Translations under genes and position numbers: made by a program
Part shown: positions 7,876 to 16,800 of the stretch, piece by piece
Numbering within the stretch: position 1 is the first letter of the stretch
Layout of the letters: every line of letters starts with the position of its first letter
Assembly: GCA_964491135.1 (NCBI GenBank)
Contig: CAZBFW010000002.1
Coordinates: 1-28,118 of the forward strand
DNA from: an uncultured Phycisphaeraceae bacterium
Lineage (GTDB): Bacteria > Planctomycetota > Phycisphaerae > UBA1845
Direction of reading: 5' to 3'
Length of the DNA: 28,118 nucleotides
The notes under the pieces: generated by a model
Database searches by the model: none
Told to the model about the DNA's origin: nothing
Seen by the model: the letters and a program-made list of their open reading frames with translations, nothing else

Positions 7876-9066
7876 GTGAGTGCGACCGCCGTTCAACGCA
7901 TCCTCGTCTGGCCGCTGGCGATCCCCATGCGGCGGACCGTATCCCACGCTGCGTCCGAACGATCGGTGGCCGACCCTGTTGTGGTGGAGGTGGAACTGGG
8001 CAACGGCGTGACGGGGTACGGCGAAACGCTGGCCCGCCCCTACGTGACCGGCGAGACGGTTCCCTCGGTCCAGGCCGCCCTGCGGGGCGTTCTGATGCAG
8101 CGCGTGCTCGGCCTTCACCCGACCTCCTTCGCCGAGGCGCTGGAAGGCGCGGACAGCCTGCCGTTTGTCGATGAACACGACCGGCCCATCCCCGCCGCCC
8201 GGGCCGCGATGGAACTGGCCCTGCTGGATGCCTACTCCCGCGCGTTTGATCGGCCGTTGAACAGCATCGCCGGGTGGGCGGGGCTCGCCGGCTTCGGCAC
8301 GCCCGGCAGCCGCGAGGCCGTTCACGCCAGCGGCGTGCTGGCGAATCGCACCCCGGCGGGCATGATGAAGACGCTGCGACTGCTCTGGTGGTACGGGCTG
8401 CGCCAGTTCAAGCTCAAGGTCGGTGACGATGGGGACGCGGAGCGGCTGGACCGTGCATACGCGTACCTGCGACCCGCCATTGCGCGCGGCAAGGCCTCGC
8501 TTCGGCTGGATGCCAACGGCGCCTGGTCGAAGGATGAGGCCATCGACAGGCTGGGAGACTGGCGGGACCTCCCTCTGGCCGGCGTGGAGCAGCCGCTGGC
8601 CCGCGGGCGCGAGGAGGACCTGCCGCTGCTCAAGCACGTCATCCAGTTGCCCCTGATTCACGACGAATCGCTCATCACGCTGGGTGACGCCCGGCGGCTT
8701 TGCGAAGCCGGCGTGGCGGACGGTTTCAACATCCGCATCAGCAAGTGCGGCGGGCTGCTGCCGGCGTTGCGACTGGCCGCGTTCGCCCGCCGGCACGAGG
8801 TGTTGATCCAACTGGGCTGCATGGTCGGTGAGACGAGCATCCTGTCTGCGGCGGGGCTGCGCTTCCTGGAGATCACACCGGGAGTGACGTTCCTCGAAGG
8901 CTGCTTCGGCTCATTCCTGCTTCGCGGCGACGTGGTCCGCCGCCCCCTGCGCTTCGGCTACGCCGGCGGCCTGCCCCCCCTCGGCCCCGCCGGCCTGGGC
9001 GTCCAGGCCGACCCCGCCCGGCTCCAGGCACTCTGCCCGGAAGGGCCAGAGACGATCGCCTTGTGA
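7876..9066 (+). CDS. Enolase-superfamily enzyme, muconate cycloisomerase/dipeptide epimerase (MLE) subgroup
   Basis: GTG 7876; 396 aa. Capping domain GVTGYGE and ARAAMELALLD; barrel motifs FKLKVG, LDANGAW, VEQP, HDES, NIRISKCGG, GCMVGE. Confidence 0.88.
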   Translation: MSATAVQRILVWPLAIPMRRTVSHAASERSVADPVVVEVELGNGVTGYGETLARPYVTGETVPSVQAALRGVLMQRVLGLHPTSFAEALEGADSLPFVDEHDRPIPAARAAMELALLDAYSRAFDRPLNSIAGWAGLAGFGTPGSREAVHASGVLANRTPAGMMKTLRLLWWYGLRQFKLKVGDDGDAERLDRAYAYLRPAIARGKASLRLDANGAWSKDEAIDRLGDWRDLPLAGVEQPLARGREEDLPLLKHVIQLPLIHDESLITLGDARRLCEAGVADGFNIRISKCGGLLPALRLAAFARRHEVLIQLGCMVGETSILSAAGLRFLEITPGVTFLEGCFGSFLLRGDVVRRPLRFGYAGGLPPLGPAGLGVQADPARLQALCPEGPETIAL

Positions 9067-9255
9067 TGGACCCTGTCCGCGGCCCGCTTCGCCGGGAAGG
9101 CCACATCCGCAGGCTTCCCACAACAGCCGGGCCGCTGTTTCTGTGATTCCCGCCGGAGTTCGCGAAACCCATCGTCGCTTGGAATCTCTAATGATGCTGA
9201 GCCCTTGCCTCTCGCGCAGAGTCCCGAGGCTTCTTCTTGAAGTCGGCATAGAGGC

Positions 9256-9285
9256 TCGTAATGTCTTATTGGACAATGCATTATG
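9256..9285. repeat. AT-rich palindromic site A: TCG-TAA-TGTC-TT-ATTGGAC-AA-TGCA-TTA-TG
   Basis: Pattern TAA-N4-TT-N7-AA-N4-TTA at 9259-9283. Matches site B at 12432-12456. Confidence 0.7.
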
Positions 9286-9328
9286 GGCGCCGGCGGCCGG
9301 CCGGCGCTACAATCCGGAGGTAGCCACC

Positions 9329-12300
9329 ATGGCGTGTGAACCGTTCCAGGCGAGTCGAACAGCGGGCCGATTGTGGGCGGCGTTTGCAGTAGGGCTTGTC
9401 GCAATCGTGCCGAAACTGTCCTCCGCGGCCGATCCTGTCCAGGCAGAGGCGGAGACCCTGATTCGGCAGATGGCGGAGGTCAACCGCTACTGGTTCTTCG
9501 AACCCCCGGATGCGGTCCGACAGTTTCAGTACGACTACGATCTCGGCGACAAGCCGACGCAATCCGTGGTGGTTTCCGACCCGGCCAGCGCCAGCCGGCC
9601 GGAGAAACAGGCGACAACCTACTGGACGCCTCTCCATGCGTTGGCGAAAGACCCCGCGGGTGCAACGTACACCCGCTTGGAGCGCCGCGGAAAGCAGATC
9701 GAGATCGACTTCGACTTCGGTCAGGTCTGCGGTTTCGCGATCGGCAACGGCCTTTCCGGAAGCTGGTATGGCTACGGCAGCGCCGGTGCGCAAACAGGAA
9801 CAGTTGCGATTGAAAGCTCGAGCATGGTGCCCGTTTCGTGCAACGCCGGGTCGCTGGAGCAGAATTTTGAACAATACGTGGCGATCGACCCGGGACACTT
9901 GGCTCCTTTGCGCATTCGCGTGCGCAAGGAGGACATGCACTTCGACTGGTCGTTCCGCGTCTACGCGCCGGGACTGTGGCTGCTGGACGAGGCTCGCTAC
10001 GGCGTGGGCGAGAACCCGGAATTGCGTGTTGTGGCGTCCACCGCAAACGTGGTGGTGAACCAGCAGACGCCGCAGCTTGTCGCTCAGGCACGTGAGGCGG
10101 CCGAGGCACAGCAGCGACGTGACGCGGGGCGCGAGGCCGTGCGAAAGGTGCTGGAGGCAAATGGTCTCTGGCTGCGGCCCTCGCTGGAGGCGCGCCGCGG
10201 GCTCGCCTACGAGTACCAGCAGGAGGATGACTACACGGAGCGCATTCTGTTTGACGACGCCGGCAACGTGTTCGTCCGCCTGATGCGCTCGCGAGAGACT
10301 TCCGAACCAACCCGGCAGTCTCTCTTCACGGCTGACGGCTTCAAGGCCACCGGAGACGTATCCGATCCTTCGCTCGCCCTGTACGGCGACCCTCTCGTGA
10401 GTCTTTCTCGCCTCTTTGAGTCGCCGGACGCCACGGGCGAGAGCCTGCTGCGTGCCGATCGCATGGTGTACAGCCTGGCCATCGGGCTGGCATGGGAGTG
10501 CGCCACCACCCGGCTGGCCCGCGAGCCGGACGGGTTTCGGGCGGAAGTGACCGATCGCGCGGACGCCACCTACACGCTGACGCTCTGGCCGCGCGGCGGT
10601 GCCCAGATCTTCACCGGCACCATGCTTGCCTTCACGTCCTGGGCCTACATGCACGACGTTCAGTACCACCGGGCCGAGTTGACGATTGAAGCCGCCACGC
10701 ACCGCATCCTGCGCGAAGAGGATTTCGACGGCGAGGGCAAGGTCGTCGCTTCGTATACCTTCTCGAATTGGCTCGCGGATGCCGCGGGTGCCGCACCGGC
10801 CCGCATCAACGCGGTGATTCCCTACGAGAGGGACGATCGCGACCAGTCGCTCGAGATGCAGGCCGAGTTCCGCTTCGCCCGCCCCGGCGTCTGGCTACTG
10901 GACACGGTTCTCAGCACGTTCCGCAACGATGCCGGGCAGTCGACGGGGAAGCTGACCGTACTTCCAAACGCGAACGAAACATTCCAGCCCGTGACCGATA
11001 CCCTCCGGCGAATGACGGCAACCCGTGACCTTCTGCAACGCATCACGTCGGCTCCGGAGCGACATGCCGCGGTTTCCGTCGTACCGGGTCAGCCGATGGA
11101 TCTGGCGGTCCGGGCCGTCTGGGCGGAGGAGAGCACCCAGCAGCGTAAAGACTGGAAGGCGGATGGCGACATCGCGGTGGTCGACGCCCGCCTGGACGCC
11201 GGGCCCCGGCAGTCCGACCTGCTGCTGACGCTGGCCTCCACGCTGCATTGGAAGGAGGCGTTGGTTCGGGTGTGCGTGCGCGTGCACGATGCCGAGGCCA
11301 GGTTGCTGGCCGATGAGGAGCGGGAAATCACGATCCGCGCCGAGGCCGCACCTGGTCTGGCGGAGGTGCTCTTCTCGTTCGGCAATCCGCCGGAGCGAGA
11401 AGGCCTTGCCGGACAACCCCTGCGAGTGGAAGTGGATGCCACAATCGAGCGGCTCACCGGCGCGTATCACGGACACGGCCTCTGGATGTACTTCACGTCA
11501 GGAGATGCGGAAGCGCAGCATGGTTCGCCATCCGCGGAGGGAGCAGACGACGAGACGGCGGAGGTGACGCCCGAGCAGGCCACCTGGCTGCGCGCACTCA
11601 AGAGCGGCAACGACAGCGATCGCGAGAGTGCGGCCCACAAGCTCGGGGATTGTGGAAATACGTCCGTCGTGCCCGCGCTCATCGCGGCTTTGTCCGACCC
11701 GGAGTGGGATGTCCGCACGGACGTGGCCGACGCGTTGGGAAAGCTGGGGGACGTGCGGGCCGTCGAGGCGCTGGCCCAGGCCACTCGCGACCCTCACGGA
11801 GGTGTCCGGGCCTGCGCTGTGGCGGCGCTGGGGAAGTTTGGCCGGCAGACGAATCTGCCCGCGCTGGTGACGGCACTGGCGGATGACGATGAGCGGGTTC
11901 GGACGGTCGCCGCTCACGTGCTCCAGGAGCGCGGCTGGCAGCCCTCGACGCGGGCGGAGCGGGTTCGACTTCTCCTCGCGTCCGGCCGGCTCGATGATGC
12001 GAAGGCGGTGGCCCCGGTAGCCGCGCCGGTCCCGGATCGCGAGTTTACCGTCCGCGGGCCGTTCGCCCGCGACCTGCCGGTCCTCGTGAACCTCACCGTC
12101 CCTGCCGAAGAAGACAAGCGGCCGGAGTTCGTCGTACACTGGATCGATTTCACACCGTCAGACGCCCCAACTGTTGCGAAGGTCAACGCGACCATCATCT
12201 CCGGGCCCAAGGCCGCCTGGCGGCTGGAGCTGACGCTGCTGGGTGACGGCGACCGCGTTCTGCGCCGGGCCGAGACTCGCATCGAAAACAGCGGCATCAT

Positions 12301-12403
12301 CGAAGGCATTCCCATGCGCGGCGAAACGACGTTCCGCCTGGACTTCGGCCCCGACCCGATCCCGGAGCCCGTTCGCGCCTTCCTCCTGACCGTGACACCG
12401 TAA
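9329..12403 (+). CDS. Large secreted mosaic protein with internally duplicated domains and PBS-lyase-type HEAT repeats
   Basis: ATG 9329 with RBS GGAGG; 1024 aa. Signal peptide ending ...VPKLSSA. About 4 HEAT repeats (VVPALIAALSDPEWDVRTDVADALGKLG, AVEALAQATRDPHGGVRACAVAALGKFG, LPALVTALADDDERVR) at about 11575-11940. Confidence 0.85.
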   Translation: MACEPFQASRTAGRLWAAFAVGLVAIVPKLSSAADPVQAEAETLIRQMAEVNRYWFFEPPDAVRQFQYDYDLGDKPTQSVVVSDPASASRPEKQATTYWTPLHALAKDPAGATYTRLERRGKQIEIDFDFGQVCGFAIGNGLSGSWYGYGSAGAQTGTVAIESSSMVPVSCNAGSLEQNFEQYVAIDPGHLAPLRIRVRKEDMHFDWSFRVYAPGLWLLDEARYGVGENPELRVVASTANVVVNQQTPQLVAQAREAAEAQQRRDAGREAVRKVLEANGLWLRPSLEARRGLAYEYQQEDDYTERILFDDAGNVFVRLMRSRETSEPTRQSLFTADGFKATGDVSDPSLALYGDPLVSLSRLFESPDATGESLLRADRMVYSLAIGLAWECATTRLAREPDGFRAEVTDRADATYTLTLWPRGGAQIFTGTMLAFTSWAYMHDVQYHRAELTIEAATHRILREEDFDGEGKVVASYTFSNWLADAAGAAPARINAVIPYERDDRDQSLEMQAEFRFARPGVWLLDTVLSTFRNDAGQSTGKLTVLPNANETFQPVTDTLRRMTATRDLLQRITSAPERHAAVSVVPGQPMDLAVRAVWAEESTQQRKDWKADGDIAVVDARLDAGPRQSDLLLTLASTLHWKEALVRVCVRVHDAEARLLADEEREITIRAEAAPGLAEVLFSFGNPPEREGLAGQPLRVEVDATIERLTGAYHGHGLWMYFTSGDAEAQHGSPSAEGADDETAEVTPEQATWLRALKSGNDSDRESAAHKLGDCGNTSVVPALIAALSDPEWDVRTDVADALGKLGDVRAVEALAQATRDPHGGVRACAVAALGKFGRQTNLPALVTALADDDERVRTVAAHVLQERGWQPSTRAERVRLLLASGRLDDAKAVAPVAAPVPDREFTVRGPFARDLPVLVNLTVPAEEDKRPEFVVHWIDFTPSDAPTVAKVNATIISGPKAAWRLELTLLGDGDRVLRRAETRIENSGIIEGIPMRGETTFRLDFGPDPIPEPVRAFLLTVTP

Positions 12404-12428
12404 GACCGGGCAGCATTGCGTGGACACG

Positions 12429-12458
12429 TCGTAATTCATTAATTAATAACAAGTTACA
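12429..12458. repeat. AT-rich palindromic site B: TCG-TAA-TTCA-TT-AATTAAT-AA-CAAG-TTA-CA
   Basis: Same TAA-N4-TT-N7-AA-N4-TTA pattern at 12432-12456, 28 nt after the HEAT gene stop. Only 3 G/C in 25 nt. Confidence 0.7.
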
Positions 12459-12760
12459 GTGTGCCACCGTATCAGGTGCGATGGGCCATCGGCGGCGGAT
12501 CGAGCATCAGGCCATGTGCTGGTCGGCACTCGCGGCCTCCCAGACCATGAAGCTCATGATGGTGCGATTCGTCGGGGCCGCGCGGGTGCGCAGAGACCGC
12601 CAACTGCTATCGGTGCGGTGTATGTCCGCCATGTGCGGCTGGGGCGCGCGCTGCGCCAACGGTGACACAGCGCGGGGGCGGGGCTTACGCCAATTGTGAC
12701 GTGGCCGGATGAGGCAGAACCGTTCCGTATGATCTCTCTGCTCCGGGACGTTCCGGGCTG

Positions 12761-12788
12761 GCATACCGGGTATGCGGCATGATATAAT
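12761..12788 (+). promoter_or_regulatory. Extended -10 promoter (TGaTATAAT) with a perfect palindrome GCATACC-G-GGTATGC over the -35 region
   Basis: TGATATAAT at 12780-12788 and a 7-1-7 inverted repeat at 12761-12775, about 100 nt upstream of the redox operon start. Confidence 0.65.
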
Positions 12789-12890
12789 CGCCCTCGTGAG
12801 CTGGGACAGAATCGTCAGCCAAGCTCGCCAGCCTTTCACTTCCACGAGCGCAGCGCGGATACGCGGGCCCTATGGGTGCGGGATCATCAA

Positions 12891-13739
12891 ATGAGAGCGG
12901 ACGAGGTGCAAGGGTTCGTCGACCGGCACATCGGTGAACGAGGCGGGTTGATCTCCATTCTGGAGGACGTGCAGGCCCGTTACAGCTACCTGCCGGCGGA
13001 TGTCCTGCAGGCCGTGGCGGAGAGGACGGGCCAGTCCCTGACGGAGGTGTACGGTGTGGCGACGTTCTACAAGTCGTTCAGCCTGAAGCCTCGCGGCAAG
13101 CACCTGTGTTCGGTGTGCGTGGGTACGGCGTGCCACGTGCGGCGGGCCCCGATGGTCGCTCGGGAGGTCGAGCGGCAGTTGGGGGTTCGCCCGGGGGAGA
13201 CGACGGCGGATCGGGAGTTCACGTTCGAGACCGTCAACTGTCTTGGGGCGTGTGCCCTGGGGCCGATCGTCGTGGTGGATGGCCACTACTTCTCCGCCGT
13301 CACCACGGGCAAGGTAAAGGACATACTCGAGCGAACGCGGGCGGGGCTGGACCGGGTGGACGTGAAGACGGACCGTCGGATCTTTCCGGTGACGGTCAGT
13401 TGTTCGCGCTGCAATCACTCACTGATGGATGCGGCGCACCTGATCGACGGCAGTCCCTCCATTCGGGTCACGGTGTCTTTCCAGCGGCACCACGGCTGGC
13501 TGCGGCTGTCCTCGCTCTACGGCAGCTACACGCTGGAGTGCGAGTACGAGATCCCCATGGACGCCGTGGTGGACTTCTTCTGCCCCCATTGTCACGCGGA
13601 CCTCAAGAGCGCCGCGGGTTGTCCGGAGTGCGGCGCGCCGATGGTGGCCATGATCGTGCGGGCGGGCGGCATCGTGCAGGTCTGCTCGCGTCGCGGATGC
13701 AAGGGGCACATGCTGGACCTGAATGGCAGCGGATTCTGA
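12891..13739 (+). CDS. NuoE/HydC/HndA-like [2Fe-2S] subunit with an additional C-terminal Cys-rich domain
   Basis: ATG 12891; 282 aa. LISILEDVQ, VYGVATFYKSFSLKPRGKH, CVGTAC...VNCLGACALGP give the four thioredoxin-like 2Fe-2S ligands. Followed by about 115 aa containing CSRC, CPHC, CPEC, CSRRGCKGH. Confidence 0.9.
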   Translation: MRADEVQGFVDRHIGERGGLISILEDVQARYSYLPADVLQAVAERTGQSLTEVYGVATFYKSFSLKPRGKHLCSVCVGTACHVRRAPMVAREVERQLGVRPGETTADREFTFETVNCLGACALGPIVVVDGHYFSAVTTGKVKDILERTRAGLDRVDVKTDRRIFPVTVSCSRCNHSLMDAAHLIDGSPSIRVTVSFQRHHGWLRLSSLYGSYTLECEYEIPMDAVVDFFCPHCHADLKSAAGCPECGAPMVAMIVRAGGIVQVCSRRGCKGHMLDLNGSGF

Positions 13740-13804
13740 GCACCCGGCCGGGCGCATTCCCTTCGAGGGAATCGGCCCGCGGGTCTGGCCGGCGGGATAC
13801 ATTC

Positions 13805-16800
13805 ATGCAAAGACCGAAATCCATCGACGACTTCAGGGCCCTGCAGGCCCGGCTGTACACGGATCGGGACGCGAGCATTTCGTCGATCGTCATCTCCGCC
13901 GGAACCTGCGGGCAGGCCAGCGGCGCCAACGACCTGATCCGAGCGACGAAGCGGGAGCTGCTCAGCCGGGGGCTCGCCGAGCGGATACACTTGCGCATCA
14001 CGGGCTGCCACGGCTTCTGTGAGGCGGAGCCCTCGATCCTGGTCGAACCGCGCGGCACGTTCTATCCGCGCGTTCCGGTCGACGCGATCCCCCGCATCGT
14101 CGAGGCGGTCGCCCACGACGCCGTGCTGGAGGACCTCCTTTTCGTCGATCCGCAGACCGGCGCCCCCATCGAGAAGCAGCCGGACGTGCCGTTCTTCCGC
14201 GGTCAGGTCCGGACGCTGCTGTCTCGCAACGAGAAGGTCGATCCGATCCGCATCAGCAACTGCATCGAGAACGGCGGTTACTCGGCGCTCGTTCAGGTGC
14301 TCGAGCGGGGGGAGCCGGGCTGGGTGATCGCGCAGATCAAGGCCTCCGGCCTGCGGGGCCGGGGCGGCGCCGGCTTTCCCACCGGGACGAAGTGGGAGAT
14401 GCTGGCTCGGCAGCCTGACGGGCGCGGCAAGATCGTGGTGTGCAACGCGGATGAAGGGGATCCCGGCGCGTACATGGACCGGAGCGTCCTGGAGGGCAAT
14501 CCGCACAGCATCATCGAGGGCATGCTCATCGGCGCGTACGCGACCGGCGCCGGCGAAGGCGTCATCTACGTGCGAAACGAGTACCCGCTGGCCATCAAGC
14601 ACCTGCTCATCGCGTTGCGACAATGCCGCGACCTCGGCCTGCTGGGCGACAGCGTTCTCGGGACCTCGCTTCGCTTCGACGTTCGGCTCGTGCGAGGCGC
14701 GGGCGCCTTTGTGTGCGGGGAAGAGACGGCCCTCATGCGATCGATCGAAGGGCGCATGGGCGAGCCGCGGCAGCGCCCGCCGTTCCCCATGCAGAAGGGG
14801 ATCGACGGTCGGCCCACCGTCATCAACAACGTGGAGACCTGGGCTAACGTTCCGGTCATTATCACCGAGGGCGCCGAGCGGTTTGCCGCAACCGGCACCG
14901 CCCGGAGCGGAGGGACGAAGATCTTCAGCCTGGTGGGCAAGATCCGGCACACCGGCCTGGTCGAGGTGCCGATGGGCATCACGATCGAGAAGATTGCCTA
15001 CGACATCGGGGGCGGCCCGCGTGACCACGGCCGGATCAAGGCCGTTCAGACCGGCGGCCCCTCCGGCGGATGCATACCGGCCCGCATGTTCAGCCTGCCC
15101 ATCGACTATGACAGCCTGGCGAAAGCGGGCTCGATCATGGGCTCCGGCGGCATGATCGTCATGGACGAAAGCACCTGCATGGTGGACGTCGCCAAGTACT
15201 TCATGCGGTTCCTGAAGGACGAATCATGCGGGAAGTGCTTCACCTGCCGCAAGGGCACGCAGCGGATGTACGAGATCCTGGACGACATCTCCAGCGGCAG
15301 GGGCACCATGACCCAGCTCGACCTTCTGGAGGAGTTGGCGCAGGTCGTCAAAGACACGTCGATGTGCGGCCTGGGGCAGTCCGCTCCCAACCCCGTTCTG
15401 AGCACGTTGCGGTACTTCCGCGAGGAGTACGAGGAACACATCCGGGACCACCGATGCCGCGCGATGGTGTGCAAGGAGCTGGTGGGGGCGCCGTGCCAGA
15501 CGGCCTGCCCGCTGGGGACGGAAGCCTGGCGGTACGTGGCCCACATCGCGCGAGGCGAATACGAGGAGGCGTACCGGGTGATTCGGGAGGCCAACCCGTT
15601 CCCCTCCGTGTGCGCGCGGGTCTGCAGCCACCCGTGTGAGACTCACTGCCGAAGCGGGGAAGCCGGCAAGAAGCCGATCGCCATTCGGGCGCTGAAGCGG
15701 TTCATCACCGACCGGATTGACCCCTCGACGTACCGGCCGCAGCGAAGGAACGGGGCAAGTGAGGACGCGGCGAAGATCGCGATCATCGGTTCCGGTCCGG
15801 CCGGTCTGACCGCCGCACACTATCTTTCGCTGTCCGGCTACCGGGTGACCGTATTCGAGGCGGACGATCGCCCCGGGGGGATGCTGGTTAGCGGCATTCC
15901 TTCGTATCGACTTCCCCGCGATGTCCTGCGGAAGGAGATCGAGTCGGTGATCGACGACCGTGTGAGCTTGCGGTGCAAGGCCGCACTGGGCAAAGACATC
16001 ACGATCGATGGGCTGTTTGAGGAGGGTTTTCGGGCGGTTTTCCTGGCGATGGGCGCCCACAAGAGCCGCAAGCTGAACCTGGAAGGCGAGGACGTCGAAG
16101 GCGTATTCCCGGCCATTCAATTTCTCAAAACGTTCAACCTGAGCGGCAAGCAATCGGCTCATGGGCGAGTCGGCGTCATCGGGGGCGGCGACAGCGCGGT
16201 CGATGCGGCCGGCGTTGCCATTCGCCAGCCCGAGGTTCAGAGCGTGACCATCTTCTATCGGCGGACCCGGCAGGAGATGCCGGCCCAGGAACGCGACGTG
16301 GAAGCGGTTTTGGAGGAGGGGGTCACGCTCGAGACGCTGACCTCGCCGGTGCGCATTCTGACCGATCACGGCCGCCTGGCGGGAATCGAGTGCGTCCGGA
16401 ACCGGCTCGGGGAGATCGACTCCAGCGGCCGGCGCAAGCCGGTTCCGATCCCGGGATCGGAACACGTCGTTCTGCTGGACACGCTGATCGTGACGATCGG
16501 AGACATTCCGGACATCGAGTACATGGCGTCGATGGGGATCGAGGTGACGGACTGGGGGACCATCCGCGTCGACGAGAAGACTCTGGCCACCAGTCGAGCC
16601 GGCGTGTTCGCCGGGGGGGACGTGGTCACCGGTCCCAACACGGTAGTGGAGGCGATCGCGTCCGGGAAGAAGGCGGCAGTGATGATCGACCGCTGGGTGC
16701 GCGGCGAGGAACTCAAGCAGCCGGTGATGCCTCGCCTGCCGCGCGTGTACGTTCCGCCGCCGATCGACGCGGAGGAGGCCGTCGAGGGCGATCGCGTGAA

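Noticed and set aside
12459-12699. Short ORFs (68 and 72 aa) between site B and the redox promoter
   Set aside because: No RBS, no recognisable motif and unusual composition; treated as non-coding.
12694-12711. TTGTGA half-site suggesting a Rex operator
   Set aside because: The second half-site TTCACAA is absent.
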